The notes below the pieces were generated by a model that saw nothing but the letters and a program-made list of their open reading frames with translations, made no database searches and had not been told where the DNA came from. Positions 52,016-64,000 of a stretch of DNA of 64,000 nt are shown one piece after another; position 1 is the first letter of the stretch, and each line of letters opens with the position of its first letter. The position numbers and the translations under genes were made by a program. The DNA is from Octopus bimaculoides (taxonomy: Eukaryota), in assembly GCF_001194135.2 (NCBI RefSeq), contig NC_068990.1, forward strand, positions 43,447,756 to 43,511,755, written 5' to 3'.

Positions 52016-54681
52016 AAGCGGGTCTGCTAGAAATAACAAATTCCCTCTTAAGCATTTTGTTACTATATTTCTGTTGAAATATGCTTCCTTTGCTTCAGTT
52101 GCTTTTGAAAATATGGAAAAAGTTTAATAAAATAACTTTTTCATTACTAAGCTACTGTTAAGAAAGAAAAGGCAATGAAACTTTGATGGCAGGTTTTAAT
52201 TTAGAGATCACTTTAAAACAGTAAGTTTGTATCATAGAACCAGGAGTGATCTCAGATTGGTATCAAAAAGAGCTAAATTATTAGCATCTTAAAAATAGAA
52301 ATGACATGTTACTAAATCTAATCTCAGACACTGTCTAAAAGGCAAACAAGAAAAAAAGGGCTAGATGATCAATGCTTGGACACGTTTGATCATAAGATTG
52401 CTGTTTCAGAGTTGACTTAAGATTAACAATAATCATAGTGTTATAGGTGTTGTGGAAATAGAGATTTAGATATGACAATATTTTACAGCAGAAATTTTAA
52501 TGGAGCGATTCTGTGAAGCATTCTAGTTAAAGGTGTAGATATTGAGAATAATAATTGTGGAGAAAGATATAGAATTGTTAATGTTCGTCTGCATTTTAAT
52601 AATATGAGCAATATTGAAAGATTATGTGGCTAACCAGATGCAAACTTCTTTCAAGCATTGGCCTTTTCAAGAACTGTAGACTTTCATTTAGACAATTTTT
52701 ATCTCCATTCCCTCAGAACTTTTCTTATTACGACAATGTGTGTGTGTATGTGTGTACAACCTGTGACATGATCAAGTTGTCAGTGACTAAACTGACAAAC
52801 CCCCACCAAGCTTGCTTGGTGAGGAGGGTGATTGTTGAACACCCTGTGGGATGAAAAATAAAATCTGTCAAAAGGGCAGAGGAACTCATGAGTAGTCAAC
52901 GGCCATCCAAGAATATGTGTATATGTATATATTGTTTTATGTTATTTTATTTATATTTTAAATTTGATGTATCTAAGTTCATATATTAGGGGGCATCATG
53001 ACAAAATATTGCAAAGAACTCTAGCAAATAATATCTTCACTTTAAACTAAATATGATTCAGGAAGGTATCCCATCCAGGAGACGGAAACTCTGATATAAA
53101 ATCAGGTCTTTGGTTGCCGAAGGTCTCCTTTACAGGGCTGTACTATCAGCAAACTCTGACTTATCGGGTAGACTAGGCTCTCCAGCTTGTTTATAGCTAC
53201 TTGTCTAGGAGATGGAAACCTGTGAAGAAAAAGCCTGAGGTGTGTTGCTCTTGGTATTTTGGCACATATGTGCACCATGTTCATGCTATCATTACTTCCA
53301 AAAAGTGTAGCTGGTTCAAAACTCAAATCAAATCATAGTTGTGGGTTTTCTGACAACTTACATTTATTCATTCAATACAGTACAGCTTCAACTTGCAAAA
53401 ATCAAAAATTCCTCTGGCTAGAAAACAAATGTGGCAGGGACAGGAAAAGGATATTACTGGAAATCTCTCACAGTCGGCGACCTTTGGGTTACGGCCATTC
53501 CAGCACAGAACTTGTAACTGTGCTGTCCATGTCCTCCAGTCTGTTTAGACAGAGCACTGCTTCCCCAACAGGGGGAGGGGCAAGAAAAGGATCCTCAAAC
53601 ATTGCTTACTCACCTTAAATTTGGTTTCGATGTATGAGGCTCCGACAACCTATGGGGGAGTCCATCATATATATTACACTCTTTTCAGTCAGTCCCCGTC
53701 TTACACTAATCTGTATTCTCTTATAACCTCCTTCCACATTGTACCTTAAGGATCCACTCTGATACCTCATTACCCCTATTTTTACCTCTTTCCAGCTCCA
53801 TCTGATTATTCCCACCCTCTCTTTGCAGCAAGAAACCTGTTCTGTTCTGGTTCCTTCATCTTCTAGCATAATGCTGACCCTTCGGGGTTCATAGTTTTGC
53901 AAACTGCATGACAACTGCACTCGTGGTGATGGCACAAAAAAAAAAACAAAGCACCCAGTATACAGCTAGCCATAGAAACTATAATAAAATACACTGCAGC
54001 ACAATGCTGCCAACCAGTACTTTGAGGGTGAATTTAGTTGATGGAAACAGTTGTATGTGTGAGAGTATCTTTGTGTTTGTCTTTCCACTGCTTAATAATT
54101 GGTTTGGTCTGTTTACATCTCTGTAGCTTAACAATTAACAAAAAGAGGTCAATAGTTAAGACGTATACTGGGGTCAATTTGTTTGACTAAACCCTTCAAG
54201 TTGGTATCTCAGTATTGGCTACAGTCCAATTACTGAAACAAATAAAAGAATAAAAAAATATAGCCATTAAATATAACATATTCTAGCTTATGCATGAAAG
54301 TAGCTATATGTAATCAAAATGCATAAAGAAAGAAATCATGGATAAAATATTTTGACCTTAGGTAATTTCCTGCCACATATTTGGAAAACATTTTCTAAAT
54401 CACTTTTGTCATTCTCCAATATTTGTTTGTCTCACTGTCAATCTATGTTCTCTCAGCACTTTATTTTACAAAATAGTATTGCTGTTCCTGAATCTTCTTT
54501 CGCTATCATCCTTCTTACCTCTACCACCAATGCCATTGTTTGAATGTACGTCTACTCATTACTTGCACTTTAAATATTTCTTGATCCATTCTCAACAACC
54601 CATACTCGGCTATATTTCATAAGTCTTTCTCCTTAGATTTGAATTGCTCAGGAAGTCTCCTTATTAAATCTCCTCACCTAA

Positions 54682-55889
54682 CCAGGTTGAGTCAAAACAT
54701 TTTCCATATTTCAAGCTTGAATAAATAGTTCAAACAAATTACATACGTAAAGCATTTATTCATCAAAATATATCCCATCATATTGTATTGTCTCTTGCTA
54801 TCATTGTAACAGAGGCTCAGTTCCACACTTATACCATTTGGCTGGTTTAGCGGCAAAAAACTCCATGCACCCATTTTCAACCTCCATCCATGCAGGACAT
54901 GAGCCATGACTCCGAAAAGGTTGTAATCTTGTGGTGCAAGGTCTGGGCGAGGCTGCACTTCCAGCCCCTCAAGTTCCTCAAGTTGATGCTTGGTCACATT
55001 GACAGTTTGTGCTGGAGCATTGTCATACTGTAGGAGTGCACATTTTTGATTGACCAGTACCAAGTACTGGGCTTTCAAAGTATCATTTACTCACAGCAGC
55101 TGTTGAGCATGTAAAGGTTCACAATCACAGCTTGACCATCTAGGACAAGCTCAAAGTGCAACATTTTCTCGACATATCACCAAACACAATATGACCTTCT
55201 GTTCAAACCATCCTTGTTTGACAAAAGGTTCTGAAGCCACTGATTTTTCTTAGGATTACTAAAGTAAATCCATTTTTCATTCCCATTTGCAATTTGATGC
55301 CAAGAGCAGACATCTCAAGGATTTGTCAGCAGTTGTTGAGCCTGGTCATTGGTTAGTTCATGAGGAGCTTCTCAAAAGCATCTGTTCACAAGGCTGAGCT
55401 TATGGAGGTGTCAATTGATGGTGTTTTGTGAAGGACCAGATTCCGACAACAATGTACGAGTGCCTGTGCTTGGTTGTTGATCAACCATTTCAAACAGGAC
55501 CTCATCTGCTGCAACAAATCTCCTTGAGTTTGGTTTGTCTTTGAGGCTGGTGTCACCTTCCTTGAAACATCTGAACCAGTTTTATTCCACACATTTGCTG
55601 ATAGTTCCTGAGTCTTCAACATCGTTAATTTTTTTTTTACTGCTGCCCTTGCACTCAGTCCTTTTTTTCACAGATTGTGTAAATGGCTCTAATTGCAATT
55701 TTTTGACCACTCATTATCAAAGCTGTTAAATATAGAATAATCAATTAATGTTTGTATGTTATGTATGAAAATAAAGAATAAACAATTCAGCAACATTTGG
55801 ACAAATTGTATCTAATTAATGATACAATAGAGATACAAGTTGCCAAAAATCATCATTGAAAATCCACAAAAACTTTTGACTCGACCTGG
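54682..55889 (-). mobile_element. Full-length (about 1.2 kb) but inactivated mariner with both TIRs
   Basis: CCAGGTTGAGTCAAAA at 54682-54697 and TTTTGACTCGACCTGG at 55874-55889 followed by TA; LLQYDNAPAQT...PDLAPQDYNLF. Confidence 0.88.
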
Positions 55890-58800
55890 TATTGTATCTT
55901 CCATTTTTTTCTGTCTTCACTTAAAGAACCATTATTTGAGAAGAGGAGTAAATGAGGGAAGGTTGTGCTGTTCATGCCTTTCTTGAGAACATTAAAGACA
56001 AACTATATCTCAGTTATCTATCTTATTGCTCTAATTCAAAACAGCTTATCTCTGCTGTCCTCTGACCTAGACATATATAAATAAATAATAGGAAGTGTTT
56101 ATAAATAGTATATCAAGTCATTTCTTTCACTGACACATCACATCAGAAATATTGCTACTATATATTATTTTGGATAGTTGTTGCTGACACTACTTAGATG
56201 TTAATATCAAATTTCTAATATCTTTCAAAAAAGAATGTTTCTTCTGTTGTTTTTCATTTTTGTAAATAGTCTAAGCACCAAACTAGTTCTTCTTTTTCTC
56301 TCTCTCTCTTCTCTTCCTCTTAGACATTGCTGTTACGTAATTTCCATCTATTTTTCTCTCGTTTTTCATGTTTTTCTGTTTGATTTGCTACATTTATTTA
56401 ATATGTCCAGAAATATTAATTTTAATTTGTTTATAACACTCTTTATGATGCAAAAGCAGTGAGGTGAAGAAAGTGAAGCATTCAATAAAATTCCTATAGT
56501 CAGACTTCAGGTCTTGCAAGAATCAATTTTACCTGTAGTTCTCTCTCTCTCTCTCTCTCACACACTCACACTTCCTTTTAACATGATGATATAAGTTCTA
56601 GCAATATTCTAGGGTCACTTCAGTCATCAAATCTACTTGTCACTTATGGAAACTGCCATATCTATTCTGCTACAAAGAATTCTTCACCAGATCTCAGAAT
56701 ACTTTTTTTATTTGTTTCATTTCATTAAACAAGATCAGAGAAAGAAATTACTTTTCCTATGAAATAGTTTCTTGAGATACCATGTGTGCCATTATTGCCA
56801 TCACTCGTGTTACTCATATGACTGAAACAATGCCAAAATTTGTATTGACTGAATGTACCAAAAAAACCACGATATTTTTGGCATTGATGCTTTTGGTTTG
56901 AGATTGTGTAAACTTTTTTTTTTTACAACATGCCTTCTCCTCATTTGTGTTTTTTACTTCTTATAACTATGGCTTAGAGATAAGCAGAATGTCTCTTTTA
57001 AGCTTAATTTGTTATTGCTGCTTACCCCCAGTCAATCTTGATTGAGAAAAAACTTATAATAAAAGAATTCCATCAATGACAAATTCCATCTTATTTGAGA
57101 TTTCTAAGGATCAGTGTGTCTTTTGTTTAAGGCAATGGTGCTTGCTATGATAGAGGTGTGGCTGTTATTTCTTGCAGGTCAAGCAACCATGTATAAGCAC
57201 CTTCAACATCTCTATCCTATGCACATGATTGCATACACACCAAACCTGATAAAATATATAGCTATTTGTGAAAATAGTTTACATCAGTGTGGCTATCGAG
57301 TAAAAAAATAGTTTGAAGAATTAGCATAAAAACATTTTGAAATCAATGGATTTATGTTTTAAGTGACACTGTATTAATAATTCAAATTATTTATAGAATT
57401 ACCTAGAATGGCTAAGTTGGAAAGTTTAGGCTTTAATACAAATAGCATTCTGCAGCTAGACATCTTTCTTAATGTTAACTATTCAACCATGAAATGTAAA
57501 TGGTATGTATTTTCAATGAAGATAATGTCTGTCTTAAGGTCTTAAACAGTGTTGTCTTCAAAATTAGTAGTAGAAATGTTAGAAGGTTTTTAATTCTAAC
57601 AATGGAAATAGTACCATTCCTTCAAAATGAAATGTAATTCAAATCATTTTTGTTTTTTTTAGTTGTAGCTTTAGATTCTTTGTACCAACTTTTCTTTATA
57701 AAATTTCTACTTTTACCTAATTTATCTCTATTGGTTGCATAATTTTATTTGCCCTGTTCATTATATCCTAATGTCAAAATTAAAGAGTTAGCCTGTAATT
57801 ATTTTTATCTATTTTTAAAATCTTGTTTATTTTAAGACCATTAAAATGAGTTGCTTGAGAGAATTCTGTCTCTTAGACATGATGATAGTCATGATTCATT
57901 GTACACAAGCATAGTGAAGCATTCAACAAACACCATAAGTGCCCTCATTACTTAAGGTTTTCCATGCATCTGCACATGTATGTGTAGGCCATGGTAAGAC
58001 CAGAAGTTATTCTGGCATGCAAATCTCTCCTCTCCATGATGCTGATGTGTAACCAAGGAAAGGCCACCAACTTGGGCTGATACAACTCCAGAGTAGTGTT
58101 GTTACATGCATTGTTGTCAGAACACAAATAGCTGGGACAAATGCAATGAGGCATTTTGCTCAACCCGCTAACATTTGTCCTACCCTGGATTGGTACATTT
58201 TCATTGACCATAATGGAGAAAGTTGGAACAAATACCATTCTGCTAATTCATCATCTTGAAGATATGCTAAATGTATTATATTAGATTGTGAAGCTAATTT
58301 AAAGTGGGAAGTTACATAGATCACTGAAGATAAAATAATTCAAATAAATGTATTTAAAAAACAGAAATCACCTTAGAAATAATCATTGGATACAGAAAAA
58401 CCTAATTGTATTTGTGAAATTCAAAATAGGGTAGATCTTAGAAGATATATGTAACAAAATAGTTAAGAAATAATAAAAAGGGAAGCTGAATATATGTCTA
58501 AGAAGTGAATACGGATCTTGAGCATTGGTTGCTATGCGCAATAAACTGCACCGAGACATGCTTACTGATTTTAGTTAAAGAATACTTGTGATGGAGTAAG
58601 ATAATTCAGACACATTGATGAAATGAAGCCATATGAAAACGCACTTTTGTACTATCTATCTATGCTATATTATATAATATGTGAATGCCTCTAGAGACTC
58701 TAGGGTCTTGTAAGGCTGGGCTTAGCTATAGGTTTAGTTCTGGCCATTCCTTCCTGTTAGAGCAGATGGTCACAGCTGGTATGTAGATCAAAAGCATACC

Positions 58801-59267
58801 AGCTGTAACCATCCCAACATTTTTTTTTCCAGACATAGTGTCGCTTGCTCTGTGTGTATGTATGTATACATATATATAAAGAATAGGTTTTGGCTTATAA
58901 AAGATTAGACTGCTATTTTTAGCTAGTCAAGCGACAGGAAAACAGTTGTTAATCTTTTTAAAATCTGAGCCAGATCCAAAACCTGGATTTCGTTTTTTTG
59001 GGGAGTCACACCAAAAAATGTAAAACAAGTCAGTTAAAGAAGAATTTACTATATTTATAGAGGGAAGATTGTTGAGGGCTACTGGAAGGATGCCACATTT
59101 GAGAATTGCTGGTGTAGAAACTTTTTCATTGACTTGCAAAGACGATTTGATGACAACCTCTTGGTGTACTGTTCAAGTACATAACTCTATGGGTTGGAAT
59201 ATCGACACAATCATTTGGCCGTTGTTGCTAGTATGAAACAAAAATATTAAACTGATGGTGGTGGTGG

Positions 59268-59299
<32 letters not shown>

Positions 59300-60537
59300 T
59301 GCCAGCCATATTAAGATACTCTATTCATACAGTATTGTTATTTTTCCCTTCAATTTTTCATTCTTTAAAGGCAAATATTAAGTTAATCACTATTTGCTAA
59401 AGATATCCATCATCAATTTTATTTAATATTTAAAATGAATTTTTGGTATTGATTCATATTTGCAGTCATTTCACTCATTTTGTAAATGCACTTGAGAAAA
59501 GCATGAACATCACATGATCCCATTTTCCATCCTTTATGTTGTTAATCTATGTTCTTGTGCCTTTCTAGGAAAAATCAATACAAAACGAATTACAAGTTCA
59601 CCTCTTTTCTATTTATAGTTCTAGTTTACACCAGTGGATGCCTGATTCCATTAGAAAAAAAAAAAACAGACCAGAAGCGCATATCAGTCTTTTATATACT
59701 GTTCATGTATTTTGAAAGTGTATTTGTTGGTGGTGGTGGTGGTAGTAATGTTATTGTTATTATTTACTGTCTTCTGTAAATGTAATCAAGATATTATTGT
59801 GCAATTCAATAATTGATTTAGAGAGGAAAAAATGACTCCAAATACTCAGTATAGTCAACAAATTCAGTATGTGGGATTCTAGCTTGAAGGAGCTTGCTAT
59901 CATCGTTGTCGTTTTAATGTAGACTAGCAATTTGTTTGCAACTCATTGTAGATTTTTATTTATTTGTTTACTTTTCATAAATTGCAATCTGCTATCTTAG
60001 CTATTGGTGAAAGCTGAAAAGCAAATCAAATATATGAGCTCGTTTTGAATCATTAATGTCTATTGTATTACTTTTTAAAATATTCCTTTCTATTGCTAAT
60101 TTAGGAAAAAAAAATTTTCTTTTATTTAATTAGTTTTTGCTAATTTTATTTATATAGACTGTTTGTTTTCATTCTGTGACTAATCATTAAAATTTGGGTT
60201 TCTGTTAAATAATGAATATGTATATATTTCAGTGTTTTATTATTTTTTTAAATTTTCTTCTCCATAAATGTCTCAGATCAAAATAGTAGAATGTAGTTCT
60301 GGATATTAAATTATATATATTAGCTTTTTATAAACAATTTTTAGGGACCTTCATGAAATACTTTATTAAATGTACTTACCTGAGTATTTTAATTTTCTTG
60401 AATTATATATAGTTTTTGACTGTTAGACTGTTCGTGTCTAGGACTGGATATTTTATGCTTATGATAAATAAGCTGATAACTAGTTTTAAATCAAATCTCT
60501 GTTGATTTTTTGTCTTTGCTCTATCTTAGCTTGATAG

Positions 60538-61675
60538 AATATTGATATTGTTAAAGATCAGTTACATCTTGTTTCCTTAAAACAATGCTTATGCATTGGC
60601 AGAAAAGAAGGTGTATATGTACATCAACTAGAGTTACTATAAAGAAGTATATATATTTTTTGTTTCTCTTTTAAGATTTTAACCTTAGTTCTCAGATTTT
60701 CCCAGTCTACAATCATGACATAATATATTTCCATAAAGAGAAAAGAGTTGCCTTAAAAGGTATTAACATAAAGCCTACATGAATCTGGTTTGACTTATCA
60801 CCACTGGCTGATTTATTTATGGCAAAGGTAGTAACTTCAGAGGAAGCATACAAGTTTTGTCGCCAAATGGATTCTGGAATGTTCTGGTCCAACAGTTATT
60901 TAGGGGCAAGAAAATGCAGCATAGAGCAGAGCTAACCCAGGTTTATTTGGATCATGTTGCTTTCCCACCAAATAATGGTCATTCACCTCTCTTGCTTATT
61001 CTGGCAAATTTAGTCTAACCAGAGGGCTACTTCAGGATTTGTACAAGTTGGTCATCTCTCATTTCACTTATCTCCCTCTCCTATTTGCAGGCCTTAACTA
61101 GTAGTGTCAATCAACAAATATTCGTGATATGAAATGATTCATATGCCCTATACTACTCACACATTATTGAATGTACATACATGAGTACTGTGTGGTAATA
61201 ATTAAAATATATGGGATCTCAGATGTGGTTAATGTCAATACTCAACTTAACTTATCTGACTTTGAGAACATTGACAGAAGTGAGGACTTAGAACTTTACT
61301 TAAAGGCTTATCTAAATTGTATAGGTAGTGTAATTGATGTGGTTAAAGTAATCTATAGAATTTAAGGACTAGACTATTTATACAGAACATAACACTTTAC
61401 AACCAGTATTTTCAGTCAGAATTGAAGACCTAGAAGTAGGTCAGTGGTGTTTTATTTAGCCTCAGGCCAGTCCAGATTGAGCAGATATCTGATTAAAAGT
61501 AGTGAAGCCGTGATCATTTTGTCTTTGTTTAATGCATATATCAGGGCCTACATACATTACTCCCCCCCACACACACATCCCTGCATTTCTCCTGTTTTTG
61601 AGAATGTTGGTAGTTATTTGTGGGAGATTTGATTACTATTTTTATCAGGTTGAGCAACCTTGAGACAGACAGACG
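60538..61675 (+). CDS. Candidate exons of an unidentified gene: 60538-60610, 60676-60759, and a 27-nt exon 61649-61675
   Basis: The first two join in frame across a 65-nt intron (NIDIVKDQLHLVSLKQCLCIGRKEDFNLSSQIFPVYNHDIIYFHKEKRVALK) but need the second AG after the pyrimidine tract. 61649-61675 has TTTTTATCAG and GTAAGC sites and only phase 2 is open (LSNLETDR), so it cannot follow the phase-1 end at 60759 directly. Confidence 0.22.
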
Positions 61676-62481
61676 GTAAGCATTCATTACAGGAGATTCT
61701 GATAAGCTATTTTAGAGACATATGAATATATTACATTTGTGTACATAAATACCCTGGTCACAAAACTGAAGAGTAAAGACACAGGACACTTGGATATCTG
61801 TCTTCAAAAGGAATTCATAATATCTTGACTTCTTGGTTACAAGTTGCATAAAGTTCAGTCAAAGCAACTTGTTGTTGATAAGAAAACAGGTAATGAACAC
61901 AAAATAGACAGTCAAGACTGTGTAGTTAAGAATTTATTTTGCAGTCGTGTGGTTTTGAGTTTAGTTCCATTGCACAACTCCTTAGGCAAGTGTCTTCCAC
62001 TATAACCCCAGGCTGTAATGCTTTGTGAAGTTATTGACAGAAACTACAAAATCCTTCACATATATTTGTGAATGTTGCTGAGCTACAGATAGCATTGTCT
62101 GTTGTCAGTTTCCTCTTGCAAATTATTTGGTAACTCCATACTTTTCAAGGTGAGTGTGATAAAAACTCACTCACTTGAAAAACAGGTAAGGGTTAGCAAT
62201 TGAAAGAGCAATTGGCTCTAAAACATCTCAATATGTATTCATCTAGCCCATACTAGCATGGAAAAATGGATGTAGTACAAAAGAAACCTTATCTCTAGTG
62301 TAAAAATATCTTCTTGCACAAAGTGAAGTTAATTTGTAGAATGTTCAGGCTGAGGGCAGTGAAAGTAGAACCATTATTTTAGAAGAGGAGGATATGGAGT
62401 TGTTGTTTAGTTCCTGAGCAGATCTACGATGAAAAATATTCAAGTCATAGCCACCCTGGCTTTTTATTTTTTTTTTTTCTG

Positions 62482-62491
62482 NNNNNNNNNN
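62482..62491. other. Assembly gap within poly-T
   Basis: N run. Confidence 1.
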
Positions 62492-62569
62492 TTTTTTTTT
62501 TTTTTTTCTGGTATAATGTAACCAGCACTGCATTATGCCATGCCTTCCTTTTTGAAGACAGTCAAGTTT

Positions 62570-62800
62570 AATGTGAAGAGATTTGGCTGCTATTTCTGGC
62601 AAGTCAAATGACTGCATAAAGATTTCTTTATTGGCTCAGATGAGGAAGCTGCAAGTGTTGCCTTTTTGAGAAGTAGAGAGGCAACTCCAACATACTTGAA
62701 CCCAGAAATTATATTGTGAACAGCTGGACGATCATAAGGAAAATCTAATGCAAGCTTTTGACAAGTTTTGTGAATTGGACAACATTCCAACTAAGCATGG
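62570..62800 (-). mobile_element. Possible Tc1-like transposase N-terminal HTH remnant
   Basis: FPYDRPAVHNIISGFKYVG loosely resembles the Tc1 pattern RSTVxxIIxKFKxxG. Confidence 0.3.
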
Positions 62801-64000
62801 TGGTTATGAAACTGTTGTAGTAGAGTTAGCAATGCTTTAAGATATATGTAATAGGCTTAATACTGCAAAGGCTTTTAGAAGTGTTTTTGTTCTATCGAGG
62901 AGGACGACTGCACTGAAGATTTTTACAAAATTTCACATTAATGGAATTGATGCAATGAAATCTATATACCTTTATAGACTGAGAGAATGATTGGTAAAAA
63001 TGTGAGGTCCAGAGATGACACATAATGGAGATGATAAGGTGGAAAAGCAAAATGAATTATGTTGCTTGCCAGTTTAGAGGAACAGAAAATTGTAGTTAAC
63101 GATAGAAAAGACAGAAAAGAAACAGCATGTTAGTAGTCATTACCAATAAGATCAACGGCCTTTTGAGGGATGCAGCCTAAGATGTTTATGTGTATCAGTA
63201 GCACTTATTCAATCTAAGTCAACAAGTGAAATGTTTTCTGACTTTGTAGAGAAAACATTGTCTTTAGTATGCAGTTTTTGGAAAGATTACCTCGTATATG
63301 AAGTAACTGTAAGAGATTGTGAGATTTAGCATTTGTAGTGACTTTAAAGGGTTTTTTTTTGTTGTATGCTGTTAATGTAAAAAGGGAGTGTTTCTTTAAT
63401 GTGTAGCAGATGTATTTGGGGTTGCCATATTTTCAAATGAAGGGTATTTTTAAAGCCTCTCCATGGAAACAATGCCTGACTGGCAAGATATGTCTAGATT
63501 GTATATGCACAATGTCTGTTGTGCAGATATGTAAAGGAGTGTAGGATGACTTTTTGTAAGTGTGTGTGTGATTATTAGTAACAGTTAGTAGGTCATGCAG
63601 AAATGAGTGTGGTAGAGTCAACTAAACCTTAGAGTACACTTGAATTGATAGAATGTGGATTGAAGAGAGCTCCCCCTCACACACACACACACACACCTAC
63701 ATATGCTCTGATGAAGCAATCTGACAGGAAACTTCTAATGCAAGAAATGATAAATAGATAGATAGATAACTTAGCTTTGTCAAGGGCAACAACAGTTACT
63801 GATATCAGAATAAGTTAGTGTTATATTATACTTTACTCGTAAGATTGTGTAGGAAGATTTTATCCCTGCTGATTAGCAACAGGAAAGCTGTTTCATTCTG
63901 TTTTCTAGCCAGCAGGAACATTTACTTTTAAGAACTATTAGCTTCATTATATAGTAAAAAAAATTTTATCATAACACTTACAGGAAAAAGTATATAAAAT

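Noticed and set aside
58927-59235. Open-looking frames near 59 kb
   Set aside because: Interrupted by stops in all frames, with no convincing splice pair or motif; ORFs of this length are expected by chance.
60372-60385. TACTTACCTG resembling the U1 snRNA 5' end
   Set aside because: No downstream U1 sequence; it is only the complement of a donor consensus.
63700-63745. CTGATGA...GAAAC hammerhead-like core
   Set aside because: No pairing for stems I, II or III.
1-64000. CRISPR arrays, operons, rRNA, prokaryotic defence systems
   Set aside because: Eukaryotic repeat-rich DNA with no regularly spaced repeat-spacer structure or rRNA similarity.

Overview
AT-rich eukaryotic genomic DNA with four assembly gaps (N runs at 20240-20297, 30429-30584, 43950-44489, 62482-62491). 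The tRNA-derived SINE families, RTE-type LINE tails ending in (GAT)n and dense TA/CA/GA/ATC microsatellites match what I recall of coleoid cephalopod (Octopus) genomes; this is recognition from memory, not a search. Most of the window is decayed mobile DNA: at least five mariner (DD34D-type) copies, one DD37D maT-type transposase, an R4/Dong-like non-LTR element, several RTE LINE fragments, four SINE types and a 164-bp palindromic MITE. No long intact ORF exists, and nearly all ORF-track entries are TE remnants, microsatellite artefacts or chance. A CpG-retaining block at about 16.3-20.5 kb contains a promoter-like cluster (CTCF-like site, E/M-box, two YY1-like motifs, ATG and a strong 5' splice site). 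It suggests an intron-rich + strand gene running rightwards, but I can only propose scattered short exons and cannot name the gene. The most interesting signals are a Penelope-type minimal hammerhead ribozyme motif that appears twice around the 43.95-44.49 kb gap, the palindromic MITE, a locally templated insertion inside a mariner, and inverted-repeat dsRNA substrates. No CRISPR, rRNA or genuine tRNA gene was found.
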